A stretch of DNA of 34,406 nucleotides from positions 1 to 34,406 of the IMG/VR virus record IMGVR_UViG_3300044513_000108; one strand, given 5' to 3'. Under the pieces are notes generated by a model. That model saw only the letters and a list, made by a program, of their open reading frames with translations. It made no database searches and was not told the DNA's origin. Numbering within the stretch: the stretch's first letter is position 1; every line of letters begins with the position of its first letter. Made by a program: the position numbers and the translations under genes. Source of the stretch: a virus (taxonomy: Duplodnaviria > Caudoviricetes). Shown piece by piece: positions 14,742 to 24,935 of the stretch.

Positions 14742-17123
14742 TTATCTGGCGTTTGCAAATTTTAGTGGCGATGATGCGAAAGATAAGTAAATATAAGTCA
14801 ATCCGCTGTCATTAAGGTTTGACGTTAGAGAACGTATCTTGAAACCGTTGGACAAGAAATCTATTGCATAGGATGTAGCTTCAGCCGCAGATGTGTTTGC
14901 AAATAAATTCCTAGTGACCGCATTATATGTGTCACGTTCTCCATCGTACATAACCCAAGAAGTACCTGCACCACTGGAACATTTTATCATAACGAAAGCG
15001 GGTTTGTGTCCGGTGAAAACCATAGGCCCATCTGTGCTATTATTGCCGACATAGCTGCCTGCCTTGAGGTAGCCTTCGGTGTTTGCGAATGAGTAAGCCA
15101 CATAAGTTCCACCAGATGTGTTTGTACCGCCGTGGGTTCCAATATTTACAACTGAAGATGTTGGAGCCGTATTATTCCAAACAGAAGTTGTTGAGCCAGC
15201 AGCACTAGTGTTATCTAACTCTATAGATTTACCACCACCTAAAGCTGTGTGGAAAACTTGCCAAGAAGGTGTGCTATCCCTTCTTTTGACTATAACCATA
15301 GAAGGCTGAACACCCAAGCCGTGTCCAAAACTGGCTGCGCTACCTGTGCCGCTATAACTGGCTATTGAAAACCCAGCGGCAACATTCGCAGAAACTTGCG
15401 AGGTGATGGAGCCATCAGTATTGCTGACCGCAGTGCCGCCAGCTTTCCAGTTCCAAGCTGCGTAGGTTGAACCGCTGTTGTTTGTGTCAGAACCATTGCC
15501 AACAGAAAAACCATCAGCATCAAAACTGGTTAAGTTTGTTGTGCCTAAATATGTTGAACTTTCTTCAGCGTTTGTTGCGTTTGAGTAAAGTCGTTTGTGG
15601 TCTCCACCAACAATTCTAAGTCTGTCGTAAAGATTGTGAAAAGCTGCACCGCTTCTTTGCTTTATCCAAACAAAATCTGGTGCGCTGCCAAACCCAACAC
15701 CAGTGATGCTTTGCGTTGCACCAGTGCCAGTATAAAGCACCGTATTGAAATGCTCAGACCCATCAATAATCGTAGGCGTTGGCAACGATGCGGAACACAA
15801 CGAAAGAAACCCAGCCGGTGGCGCATACTTAAAATCACCCACGCCGTTGGCATCTTGGTTGCCGCCAGCGGTGGTTGTGCCAGAGAAGGTGCTGTCTTGA
15901 CCGAAGTTGGCTGTAAACTTTGGTTCAGTGCCGCCTGTTCCTTTAACTCCAGCACAATAAGGCAAATAACCAGTTCCTGTGGCTGCCGTTCCATCTGACG
16001 GATTTGTAGGGTCTTCACCAGCCCCAAACGTGCCATCCTTGCCAAAATACATTCTTTGATTGTCTGCATCAAATGCAAGATTTATTATGTCGCCTGTTGC
16101 AAATGTAAAAGTATTTGACGCAACTTTTACAACATTTGTATCTTCATCAATAATGCCAAGCCAAGAAATTGAAGTTGAAGGTTCTGATGTTGCTTCACAT
16201 TCCCAATACCATTTTCCTGTTGTTGGAAGCTGAAAAGTAGCGGCAATACCAGATTGAACCTCATTGCCAGTATTTCCATTCCAACGTAAATTTCCCTCTG
16301 ATGTGGTTCCTGTTTGACCCCAACTTTCAGTGCTTTGGTATTTCCAAATTGAATTCCAAGTAGCAAAGTTATTCGTTGGACTGTCCGGCACATAATCGTG
16401 CGCCGAAATATTATTGGCAGTCCAATCATTGCCGTTGCCGCTGCTATCAGTTACCGCGCCATCGAACTCAAGATGGAAACCGTTATCGCCGTAGCTGCCG
16501 GAGTAAGTTGACGGAATCCACACGCCGTCTTTGAACTCACCAAAGCTGGTAGGGTCTAGGGCTTGACCGTCAATGAAGTGGATGTCTGCCATATAGCCGT
16601 CATAATAAATATCTGATAAACTTTGTCTACGACCTATTGCGTGAGCAATTGAATTGTTAAATCCAACTTCTCTGTTTAGTGATGGGTATGTAGAAGCAAC
16701 AAAATCTGTTTCTTGTTGACCATTAACGTATATTTTAATTCTATCCGTGGATGTTGCTTGAGTGCTATCGTAAGCTACAACAATGTGATACCAAGCAGAT
16801 ACATCCCTATATTTTGCGCTTGTTTGTATATTAAAAAGGCCAGAACCTCCATAAAACAATATAGTTTCGTTACTGCTAAACCTAAGGTCATCATAAGCGG
16901 TAGCAGTTGAAAATAAACTTTGATTTGTTCCTAATATGTTGCTGCCACGCTTGACCCAGCCACTCCACGTCCAAGTCCTGCGGTCGCCAGCACTAGCCGG
17001 TGTGCGGCTTAGGTATGCGCTGCTGCCATCTTCAAAGCGCAAGCTGTCATCAATCGTCACAGGATAAAACGAATCGCTGGCACCTACGTTGCCGCCACCG
17101 CCAATACCAAATAAGCTGCTCAT
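14742..17123 (-). CDS. Tail fibre / receptor-binding protein with concanavalin-A/LamG-like and SPRY-like domains
   Basis: TWTWSGWVKR, RDVSAWYHIVV, DSPTNNF, GKWYWE, NFGQD, FNTVLYTG, PDFVWIKQR, IDFLSNGFKIR. Confidence 0.8.
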   Translation of the reverse strand: MSSLFGIGGGGNVGASDSFYPVTIDDSLRFEDGSSAYLSRTPASAGDRRTWTWSGWVKRGSNILGTNQSLFSTATAYDDLRFSSNETILFYGGSGLFNIQTSAKYRDVSAWYHIVVAYDSTQATSTDRIKIYVNGQQETDFVASTYPSLNREVGFNNSIAHAIGRRQSLSDIYYDGYMADIHFIDGQALDPTSFGEFKDGVWIPSTYSGSYGDNGFHLEFDGAVTDSSGNGNDWTANNISAHDYVPDSPTNNFATWNSIWKYQSTESWGQTGTTSEGNLRWNGNTGNEVQSGIAATFQLPTTGKWYWECEATSEPSTSISWLGIIDEDTNVVKVASNTFTFATGDIINLAFDADNQRMYFGKDGTFGAGEDPTNPSDGTAATGTGYLPYCAGVKGTGGTEPKFTANFGQDSTFSGTTTAGGNQDANGVGDFKYAPPAGFLSLCSASLPTPTIIDGSEHFNTVLYTGTGATQSITGVGFGSAPDFVWIKQRSGAAFHNLYDRLRIVGGDHKRLYSNATNAEESSTYLGTTNLTSFDADGFSVGNGSDTNNSGSTYAAWNWKAGGTAVSNTDGSITSQVSANVAAGFSIASYSGTGSAASFGHGLGVQPSMVIVKRRDSTPSWQVFHTALGGGKSIELDNTSAAGSTTSVWNNTAPTSSVVNIGTHGGTNTSGGTYVAYSFANTEGYLKAGSYVGNNSTDGPMVFTGHKPAFVMIKCSSGAGTSWVMYDGERDTYNAVTRNLFANTSAAEATSYAIDFLSNGFKIRSLTSNLNDSGLTYIYLSFASSPLKFANAR

Positions 17124-17133
17124 AATACCGCCT

Positions 17134-17772
17134 TTAAGCTATGTTCTGGCTACGACCGATTTCGTACATATTTGTGCCGTCAGACACAAATACAAAGATG
17201 TCTCTTGCATCCGCTGTTGCAGTGACCACTGGCGCGGTTGCTCCTGCAAACTTAAACACGCTGTCCCAAGACATAGTGTATCCACCTGTGCTGTCTTGAA
17301 TTACCGTGATGACGTAACACGCACCGTCAACCATATTGGTAGGCGCAGCCATTGTGCGGCTGTCAGCAATCGTCACGCTAGTCACTTGGTTTGCCGAGGC
17401 ATCCCAGCTAATGCTTGCGGCGTCTGTGAGCGTTGTCGCATCGAAGTTCTGCGTCTTGGTGAACTCCTGCGCCAATGACAGACCAGCAACAGTGATGTCA
17501 GCGTCTGGTGCGGTTAGGACGCGGGTGGTGGCAGTTGTGATGTTGCCAGCGTCAATGCGTACCTGCTTGGTATCGTCAGCCGGATCAGACAGCGTGAAGG
17601 TGTCTTGAATGGCAGCAGTTCCAGCGTTCATATCAGCTAGGTGAGCCATAACCTCGCGCAGAGCGTTGTTAACGTCACTTGGCACCATTGTACCTTCGCC
17701 AAGGTCGATACTGTCGATGTCAGTATTCGAGCTTGAGCTTGAGTCGTATTCGCTGATCTTGGTCTTAGCCAT
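17134..17772 (-). CDS. Tail protein (fibre N-terminal/adaptor-like)
   Basis: EG...PSDVNNALREVMA virion-anchor-like N-terminus and LTDAASISWD...IQD.TG module. AGGAG SD. Confidence 0.65.
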   Translation of the reverse strand: MAKTKISEYDSSSSSNTDIDSIDLGEGTMVPSDVNNALREVMAHLADMNAGTAAIQDTFTLSDPADDTKQVRIDAGNITTATTRVLTAPDADITVAGLSLAQEFTKTQNFDATTLTDAASISWDASANQVTSVTIADSRTMAAPTNMVDGACYVITVIQDSTGGYTMSWDSVFKFAGATAPVVTATADARDIFVFVSDGTNMYEIGRSQNIA

Positions 17773-17834
17773 TTCTTTCTCCTAAAGGCGACAGCCTTAT
17801 TTATAACACACAACGCCAGCCGCGTCAGGGGTGG

Positions 17835-19997
17835 TTAGCGCACGCGCACCGCACGGCCATCAGATGTCTTGGCAAACGTCACAGGGTTGCCCTGCCTATC
17901 CGTCACAGTCTCATAGCCAACAATGTTGCCGCCGACCGCCATATCTTCGAGGCTGGAGGCTTGGGCGGAGCTGATGGGGTTTAAAGCGTCGGCAATCTGC
18001 GGCCCAACTTGCTGGCCTGTTGAGTAAAGCAGGCCACGCGGAATTGCGCCACTTATGCCTCTGCCAACTCCGCCAGCCACCCTAGACGCAAGCGAAGGCA
18101 CCCTTGGCTGCTGAGGCAAAACCGGCCCGCGAGCCAACGCGCGACCGCCAAGCCCTCTTGCCTGCTGCACCCTGCTAATCGCAGCAGCGCGGCTTGCTGG
18201 GTCTGTTGCGAATAGCAGATCGCCAAGTTGTTTGCTTGTGCGTGGGCCGATACCCATCGCGGCAGATTCCAGCATTGGGCCGACGCTTTGAGCGACGCCA
18301 CCAACTAAGCCACCTTGCTTTGCCCCCTCAACAGCCCTTCTTGCCATTGTCAGGTCTTCAGCGGCAGCCTTGGCTGATTCCGCCGATGTTTGAAATGTCT
18401 GAGACCCGCCTAATGTGCGATTGCGTGTGGCGGCCATTTGGCTCTCTTTTGCCAAAGCCTCCTCAAGAGGCGCAATGTTTTCGGCTGGGAAAGCCTCTTT
18501 AAGTTGCCTCAATTGGCGTTGATTTCCCGCAATGCGAGACGCAAAGTCAGCGCCACTCTTGGCACCCTCAATGTCGTCTCTTATTGACTGAGCCATTCCG
18601 ACACGGAAGTTGTGCATTTCGTCTGCGCCAAATCCCTTTGTTGCGTCGGCAATTTCGCCTTCACTTCTCATTGTCTTGAATTTACGGCCAAGGGCTAAAG
18701 CCTCTTGGCGAGACATAGCGTCTGAGTACAAGCCGCGTGCCTGCCTAAAGTCGTCGTTAGCCTTATCAAGGATGCTAACAATTTCTTCTCTTGTCTTAGC
18801 TATAGCGCCGCCCATCATGCCATCACCAGAGTTATAGGCGGCAGATGTTCTGGCGCGAAGCCTGCGCTGAACATAATCCAGCCCCTTCATGTCTATGTTC
18901 TGAAGGGTTGTGCCAGAAAATTTTTCGCCGTTTTCTGCTGCCAAAGCCTTAGCCTCGGCAATAATTCCCTTCATAGATGGGCGAGAAAACACTGGCTTTA
19001 ATTGGTTTCTAAGCGCCTCAGTAACCTCAAAGGCGTTTGATTTATTGTATGCCTGAGTTGCGCCAGCGCTCTTGATCTGGTCTATGCCAGCCTTTGCCTC
19101 AAGTGCGTTTTGCTTAGGCACGCCTGCGCTAACTAAGTCCTGCTCAATGCGTTTTGCAGCGCCCTCTACAGCGTCGTTGCCAAACTGGCGCACATTAAGG
19201 CTCTCGGCAAGCTCTGCACCTTTGCCCGGTGATTGTGCCACCAGACGCGCCAGTGACTGCACGCCCTTGCTGCTAATGTCTGCAAGAGCCATTGGTTTTG
19301 GGTCTCTCTTGAGAGCCTCTAGGGCGTCTCCAGTTATGCCTGCATCCTTGAGCCGTCTGGCAACCATTCGGGCAGCGCGAACACTAGGCTCCGCAATGCC
19401 AGCCTCAGTCAGGCGTCCGGCGGTTCTAACTATTGGCGCTGCAATCTTTCCAGCTACCGGCACGGCAGCAGCGACAACAGGCGCTAAAACAGCGCCAGCG
19501 GTTCCGTATTCTCCAGCCTTTTGAACCCTGCTATCTGCGTCCGTGCCTGCACCTGCACCTGCAATTGCGCCCATACCAGCGCCAGCTCCAGATGTTCTCA
19601 TTAGTTTTGACAGAAGGCTTGCACCTCTCGCTGCCTGACCTATGGCCGCACCCGGTACTAGGACGCCACCTGCTATTTCAGATGCAATAGCGGCGGCAGG
19701 GTTTTTGCGGCGGAAAGCCTCCTCAAGCAGACGTTGCCTTGAAAGCTCTTTGCGGTAATCTTTGCCTGCTGCGTCGTCAGTGAAGCTGCCAATAAACGAC
19801 TTTGGCTCAGACAGTGCGGCAACAATTTCATCGCGAAAGTTAAACAACATGCCCGTCATAAAGGCCCGACCGCTACCGTCAATAGCGTCTTGAATGACAG
19901 CCTGATCGACAAACTCATTTTGCTCTTTTGGGGAGAGCTTGAAAAAGTTGTCGTCCACCTCAATTTTGCCGAGGTCTTTGATCTCAATCATCGCCAT
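17835..19997 (-). CDS. Large internal virion / DNA ejection protein (putative)
   Basis: Ala/Gly-rich helical protein with a hydrophobic GAGAG stretch and GGSQT motif, in the ejection-gene position. TGATG coupling at 19997. Confidence 0.6.
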   Translation of the reverse strand: MAMIEIKDLGKIEVDDNFFKLSPKEQNEFVDQAVIQDAIDGSGRAFMTGMLFNFRDEIVAALSEPKSFIGSFTDDAAGKDYRKELSRQRLLEEAFRRKNPAAAIASEIAGGVLVPGAAIGQAARGASLLSKLMRTSGAGAGMGAIAGAGAGTDADSRVQKAGEYGTAGAVLAPVVAAAVPVAGKIAAPIVRTAGRLTEAGIAEPSVRAARMVARRLKDAGITGDALEALKRDPKPMALADISSKGVQSLARLVAQSPGKGAELAESLNVRQFGNDAVEGAAKRIEQDLVSAGVPKQNALEAKAGIDQIKSAGATQAYNKSNAFEVTEALRNQLKPVFSRPSMKGIIAEAKALAAENGEKFSGTTLQNIDMKGLDYVQRRLRARTSAAYNSGDGMMGGAIAKTREEIVSILDKANDDFRQARGLYSDAMSRQEALALGRKFKTMRSEGEIADATKGFGADEMHNFRVGMAQSIRDDIEGAKSGADFASRIAGNQRQLRQLKEAFPAENIAPLEEALAKESQMAATRNRTLGGSQTFQTSAESAKAAAEDLTMARRAVEGAKQGGLVGGVAQSVGPMLESAAMGIGPRTSKQLGDLLFATDPASRAAAISRVQQARGLGGRALARGPVLPQQPRVPSLASRVAGGVGRGISGAIPRGLLYSTGQQVGPQIADALNPISSAQASSLEDMAVGGNIVGYETVTDRQGNPVTFAKTSDGRAVRVR

Positions 19998-21310
19998 CAG
20001 TTTATAACACTCCAAGTATTTCCACCGGTTGTGGTGTTACCGCTTGCCGCCGGGGCGCCAGAACCTGCTTGACCGCCGTCTAGCTTACTCCAGTCAAAGC
20101 CGCTGTATGGGGTTACCTTGCGCTTGTCACGTTTAGCCATAGGCTGACGGTTATATGTATCTATCGCGTCTAAATACGTTGGAATAAAGCTTTCTCTAAA
20201 TTGATTTAGACGCCTAAGAGCTACGTCCTTCTTCATGTTATCAAAGTTTCCAGCAAGCACCTCTCTTGCCATAGCTTGCTCAAACTCGGTCATCACGCCG
20301 GGGCCAAATAACTCAAGCCGAGCTGCGCCAACTAGCTGGGTCAATGTCCCCTTCTGCAAAGCCAACATAAGCTCGCTTTCATCATACTCTGTATTTTGCG
20401 ACAAATTTTTAATAGCAGAAGAAATTGTCGCTTTTTGCCTTTGAACAAAACCTTCTGGCCCAGCCTCAATTTGCTGGGCAAACCTGTCGATTAGTTTCAA
20501 GGTTCTTTCAGGAGCAATGATGTTATCTTTTTTGTATTTTTCAAGAGCGTCGTAATTCATTGACGTGAATTGATCTACAATTTCTATTTTGCTCGGATCA
20601 AGCTCTTTGCCGGGGGCAACATTGCCCGCCTCGTACAACTTTCCGTCTTTTGCCAAAACAGCCTGAATAATTCTTCCATCATCAGTGATATATCTTCCAG
20701 CCTCAGATTTTATTTCAATAGACGAAGCGCCAGCGCCACTATTTAACCTCTCAACGCGGCCATCAGGATAAACACGATAAATGTCTTTTCCGGCGACTTG
20801 TATCTTTGGCGCTTGAGCAGCCTTCTGCTCGGCAATGCGATCCTCAGCGGCTGTAAACGCCTTAGTTCCGGCAATACCCATACGCCCCAAAACCTGACCC
20901 AGAGACACCGGACGGTCTTGGTAGCCTGAAGCCTCAAATCCAGCGGCGGCGGCGCCTAACATGCCCTGCGTGCGTGGCTGCATTAGCTTTTGGCCAAATG
21001 TCATCTCCGCTGGTGCGCCGCCGCCCTGAGGCATTGTAGGCGCACTAGGCTGGGGCGCTGCGCCTGCACCAGTTGGCAAACCAACTTGACCGGCACCCGG
21101 TGTTAATTTTGACATAGCGACGCGATTGGCTAATGCCTGCATTTGCGGTGACAGCTTAGGCACAGTCGGCATAGCGCTAGGCGGTTGAGGGCGGAGCAAA
21201 GCCATTGGCGGGGTTATCCCCCCCGGTGCCTGATATTGACGCATAATGTTTGCCTGCGGCACAGGCGCTCTGCCTTGAAGCAGTCGGCTGAATTTGTCGA
21301 AATCGCTCAT
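19997..21310 (-). CDS. Internal virion / ejection protein (putative)
   Basis: Pro/Gln-rich N-terminus, PVSLGQVLG and a helical C-terminus with GPGVMTEFE. Confidence 0.55.
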   Translation of the reverse strand: MSDFDKFSRLLQGRAPVPQANIMRQYQAPGGITPPMALLRPQPPSAMPTVPKLSPQMQALANRVAMSKLTPGAGQVGLPTGAGAAPQPSAPTMPQGGGAPAEMTFGQKLMQPRTQGMLGAAAAGFEASGYQDRPVSLGQVLGRMGIAGTKAFTAAEDRIAEQKAAQAPKIQVAGKDIYRVYPDGRVERLNSGAGASSIEIKSEAGRYITDDGRIIQAVLAKDGKLYEAGNVAPGKELDPSKIEIVDQFTSMNYDALEKYKKDNIIAPERTLKLIDRFAQQIEAGPEGFVQRQKATISSAIKNLSQNTEYDESELMLALQKGTLTQLVGAARLELFGPGVMTEFEQAMAREVLAGNFDNMKKDVALRRLNQFRESFIPTYLDAIDTYNRQPMAKRDKRKVTPYSGFDWSKLDGGQAGSGAPAASGNTTTGGNTWSVIN

Positions 21311-21319
21311 CTAAGCCCC

Positions 21320-22069
21320 CTAACCTAAAAGCCCAGCCAAGGCACCAAGTCCAGCGCCCATACCACCGCCCATACCCGGTATCATTCCGGCAAGCTCTGC
21401 TCCGCCTAGTGCGCCACTGAGGACGTTGCCTGCGGTATTTTTGAAGACCGGCTTGGTTGATTGCCCGCCAACAGTACCACCCTGAACGGTTGCCATATAA
21501 TTGGCCAAGGATGTGAGAGGCTGCTGCTGCTCCATATTGAAGCGCTCGATGTCAGCTTGCAACTCAGCCGCAGACTGTGCCTCACGCGCCCCGCCAACAC
21601 CTGCAAGGGTGTTAAGGTCAGCGAACCCAAACTCACGCGCCTGAGGAGCCTGAGCAATAGCCGCTTGCTGCGCTTGTAGCGCCATAGGCGCTAACGCACC
21701 AGCCAATGCAGCCTGCTCGTACCCTGAGCCATACCGGCCAGCCTTAGAGGCTCTAGCATCCATCTGCTCGACGACAGGGCGGAAGGCTGCACTCATCAGC
21801 GGGTTAGTACCCATCAGGTTTTGCATCACAACGTCTTGCGTTGCACCAATAAACGGCGATCCGTTAATTGCCATCTGGCGGGTGCCTGACAAGGCCATTT
21901 CGGATTCAGGCGAAAATCCTATAGTGGTCTGACCGGGGTAATAAGTTGGCTGATCTTGGTATAGGTTTTTAGCCTCAGATAAACCAAACTCCAAAAACGG
22001 TTGCGCGTATGCTGGTGCGCTAGTTGTCTGTGTGATTTGTCTGGTGTCGCCACCGCCGCCTTTACTCAT
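21320..22069 (-). CDS. DNA ejection/pilot protein (putative)
   Basis: MSKGGGG start, Gln/Ala-rich body, Gly-rich hydrophobic C-terminus (GAGLGALAGLLG). Confidence 0.6.
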   Translation of the reverse strand: MSKGGGGDTRQITQTTSAPAYAQPFLEFGLSEAKNLYQDQPTYYPGQTTIGFSPESEMALSGTRQMAINGSPFIGATQDVVMQNLMGTNPLMSAAFRPVVEQMDARASKAGRYGSGYEQAALAGALAPMALQAQQAAIAQAPQAREFGFADLNTLAGVGGAREAQSAAELQADIERFNMEQQQPLTSLANYMATVQGGTVGGQSTKPVFKNTAGNVLSGALGGAELAGMIPGMGGGMGAGLGALAGLLG

Positions 22070-22481
22070 TTCTCAAATCCTTTGTCAAAACCACCGACGT
22101 TGCGGTGTAATCTTTCAGTTGTCTTTGCCAGCCCTTGCGGCCATTGATCTCCATCGCGTCGCAGCCCTGAGACTTAGCCCAAACTGCGATAGACTTCTCA
22201 GCCTCAACCAGCTCATCCAAGTCACCGCCTGCAAGCCATATTCGGCACACGGTTAGGCTGGGGTAGTCAACAACTTCGGTTATAATACACGACTTTTCCA
22301 GTGGATGTAACTGTGCCTCACCAGTGGCGCAGGCAAGGTACACGTCTTCTATTGAGTGCGTGCCGCCAGAATACTCAAGCGCATCCGCAATAAATTTTCT
22401 GTTTTCCTCAAACTTCGCTTTGATCCTGTCCTTACCCAATAATAAGGTAGGCGAAGTCTGCGTCGTGTCCTTGGTTGTCAT
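22062..22481 (-). CDS. GNAT-like virion-associated protein (putative; start uncertain)
   Basis: ITEVVDYP...IWLAGGDL...WAK..GC....GRKGW.R.L pattern, commonly seen between hub and ejection genes. Confidence 0.6.
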   Translation of the reverse strand: MTTKDTTQTSPTLLLGKDRIKAKFEENRKFIADALEYSGGTHSIEDVYLACATGEAQLHPLEKSCIITEVVDYPSLTVCRIWLAGGDLDELVEAEKSIAVWAKSQGCDAMEINGRKGWQRQLKDYTATSVVLTKDLRNE

Positions 22482-22755
22482 GATTTATAACCATAGTTCC
22501 GTTTACACTTGTGGAATCAATATATGGATTGTGATGCCAAGGGTCGTGGTCAACACCAGTAAAAAATACTAAGCTAGATGTCGAATAGCGCGGCTCTTGA
22601 ACTGTTGTCTGCGTTGAGTTTGAAGGGAAAGTCACATAACCAACGCTGTTTAGACCACCGTTAATCGTGCGGTTTAGCACCTCTGCGATTTCTCTTGTTG
22701 TCGCAGTAACAGGATTGAGTATCCGAAAGTTTGTGGTGCGCTGCTCAATAGTCAT
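22432..22755 (-). CDS. Small tail-associated protein
   Basis: 107-aa beta-rich ORF ending F.Y.IIG, with ATGA coupling to the hub gene. Confidence 0.6.
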   Translation of the reverse strand: MTIEQRTTNFRILNPVTATTREIAEVLNRTINGGLNSVGYVTFPSNSTQTTVQEPRYSTSSLVFFTGVDHDPWHHNPYIDSTSVNGTMVINHDNQGHDADFAYLIIG

Positions 22756-24212
22756 CGACGGCCAACCTCTCTAGCCTCAACGTCAATGCCGTGGGCAAAA
22801 GACCAATTGCCACTAAGCAACATTTTGACACGCTGATACCTATCCGCAGCCCTAAACGGCACAAACCCACTGGCGTTTGTTGTCCCGCCAGCTTGGAACA
22901 CGACTGTGTCTGTGGGCGTCCCACGCAAGCCGACAGACAATTCCACAGTGCCGTCCTCATGATATGGGTACACACGCGTTACAATACTGTGCTTGCCCAC
23001 ACTGAGCGTGGCCTCACCAGTTGTGATTGTCGCCTGAAGCGGGTCGCCAGTGAATGTGAACAATTTGTCTCCGACTGCACCGCCAAAGAAGAACTCGCCA
23101 CCTCTAAACAACTGGCTGTCTAGGACAGTGCTTAGGCCATCTAGCGTGGCGGATAGATTGTCTAAGTCCTCGACCGTGTAACCGGCGCTAAAGAATGGCG
23201 CGATAAAATCAGCCTCCACGTTTCCAATAGACCAACGACCCAAGGCGTAGTTAAAAATCAACAAACGGTCTGGACGGCCAGTCGTGCTTGAAACGCTAGT
23301 GTAAGACCAAACTGCAATCTGGTTGAGAGGGTCAACCGCCGCAGTCATATTGTTTTTATATGCTGAGTTAAAGTCTTTCGCAAAAAACTTATCTATCTTT
23401 TCATTACCTATAGGTGTGCTTTTCTGGCCATCAAACATATGGAAGCCGTTGTTTGAATAGTAGAAGACAGTCGATCCATAGTTGCACACAGAGCCGGGTA
23501 TGCTACAGCCACGCTGGCTTTCAACCTTATCAAACTGCCAGATTAGCGGTGGGCCAGTGTATGTGGCGCGGAAGATAGCCTTCTCGCACAAGATGGTGCA
23601 ATATTCACCGCCTACCATTCCGGTGATTGCACCAGCGTCGGGCAGCTCCTGAAAATCGCTTTGGTCAACTCCGGCAGTCCAGCTTTCAATATCGTTGAAC
23701 CCAGACCACTGGCATCGGTACGGTATCCGGCCTGACCCATTGTCAACATTGGCTGTCCATACGAAATCACGCACAACAGCAAGAAAATCAGCCTTTGGCG
23801 GGGTGCCGCCAAGATTAGAAAATGCAGTGTCCGTTCCTAGCTGCCATTTTTGCAGTTCTTCGCCAACGCCGCCTGAGGCGATAACATACTCGCCAAACTG
23901 CACAAACTTCCACTTTTCTGCGCCAATTAAATCATATGCCGGGGTACCAGCCTTGCTAACGTCATCAAGATCGTTTGTTGAGGCATTAAATGAGTATAGC
24001 TTTGCTTCATCACCAGCAAACAGCTTTACGTTTCCAGAGTTGTCCTTTGCAGCATAAACGCCTCGTATCGTGCCACTGGCCGCATTGCTGAAGCTGATAA
24101 ACTGGTTCAGTGGACGATAGCCATTAAACGCAGGAATAACATTCTCTGCGGTCAAGACGCCTGCGTTCATAAATGCTGGCTGGTCTGGCAGCCATTCGCC
24201 AAATTTTATCAT
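22752..24212 (-). CDS. Tail hub / DNA stabilization protein (P22 gp10-like, beta-propeller)
   Basis: MIKFGEWLPDQP start and repeated beta-propeller-like blades (QWSG.ND, RGC, IGNEKID). Position in the tail operon. Confidence 0.7.
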   Translation of the reverse strand: MIKFGEWLPDQPAFMNAGVLTAENVIPAFNGYRPLNQFISFSNAASGTIRGVYAAKDNSGNVKLFAGDEAKLYSFNASTNDLDDVSKAGTPAYDLIGAEKWKFVQFGEYVIASGGVGEELQKWQLGTDTAFSNLGGTPPKADFLAVVRDFVWTANVDNGSGRIPYRCQWSGFNDIESWTAGVDQSDFQELPDAGAITGMVGGEYCTILCEKAIFRATYTGPPLIWQFDKVESQRGCSIPGSVCNYGSTVFYYSNNGFHMFDGQKSTPIGNEKIDKFFAKDFNSAYKNNMTAAVDPLNQIAVWSYTSVSSTTGRPDRLLIFNYALGRWSIGNVEADFIAPFFSAGYTVEDLDNLSATLDGLSTVLDSQLFRGGEFFFGGAVGDKLFTFTGDPLQATITTGEATLSVGKHSIVTRVYPYHEDGTVELSVGLRGTPTDTVVFQAGGTTNASGFVPFRAADRYQRVKMLLSGNWSFAHGIDVEAREVGRR

Positions 24213-24925
24213 TGTCCTAACCAGTTCCCACTTGCGCCTGCTGGCGGCGTTGACCAAATACTCGGTGCGCCTGCTGCCGCTGACGCCCAAGAAGGTGTAG
24301 TCGGAGTAACCACCGACCATTCCTCGCCGAGTATAGTCATTTTTAAGCTGCCAGTCACTTCCACTTGCTCATTGCCAACGCCAGCAAATTCAGCCACTAC
24401 GCTTGTTGCCTGCGTCACCGCTATGCTGGCCGTTCCTGCGCCTAACGTCACAAAATTGGAGCTTGATGTCGCGCTTGCTGAGATGGCTACGGAGGCAGCC
24501 ATAGGACGCACGCGGTTGAGGTCAGAGGTTGCCGTGCCGACAGCGTTCACCAAAGCCTCAAACGGCCTGACGCGGGCAAACGCGCTTGAGGCTGTATTCA
24601 CGGCGGTCACGCTTGCTGCGGCTGGCCTTACTCGCTCGACAGCGGCAGACACCGCCACTGAGGCAGAAACAGACGCTGAGATGCCTTTTAGTTTTGATGC
24701 TGACGCGGATGCGGCGGCTGAGGTTGCGGCGCTACCGGCTGCAACCTTTACCTCAAGGCTCAGGGCTTCCAGCGTTCCGTAGTTCCAACTATCCAGATTG
24801 CCCCAACTATCCATATGATCTAAGGCAACGGCAGTCCAAGCAATCTTATCGCCTACCGTGTCAACGGTAAACGGTAGGGCGTCTACGGTGCCGGTAATCC
24901 TGTCTAGTGGTGCAACGGTTGTCAT
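24209..24925 (-). CDS. Ala/Ser/Val-rich structural protein
   Basis: Low-complexity beta-rich repeats (ERVRP, ARVRP, NRVRP) and a Trp-rich C-terminus. Confidence 0.6.
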   Translation of the reverse strand: MTTVAPLDRITGTVDALPFTVDTVGDKIAWTAVALDHMDSWGNLDSWNYGTLEALSLEVKVAAGSAATSAAASASASKLKGISASVSASVAVSAAVERVRPAAASVTAVNTASSAFARVRPFEALVNAVGTATSDLNRVRPMAASVAISASATSSSNFVTLGAGTASIAVTQATSVVAEFAGVGNEQVEVTGSLKMTILGEEWSVVTPTTPSWASAAAGAPSIWSTPPAGASGNWLGQ

Positions 24926-24935
24926 CTATCCGCCT

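Noticed and set aside
14742-17123. Diversity-generating retroelement acting on the tail fibre
   Set aside because: No reverse transcriptase and no template/variable repeat pair was seen.
17798-17805. TATAAATA (T4 late promoter consensus) upstream of the tail gene
   Set aside because: No gp55-like sigma factor is seen and there is no systematic recurrence before late genes. It may be an ordinary extended -10 element, but support is too weak.
24213-24320. N-terminal extension of the tail hub ORF
   Set aside because: It overlaps the upstream gene, and ATGA coupling at 24212 gives the typical MIKFGEWLPDQP start.
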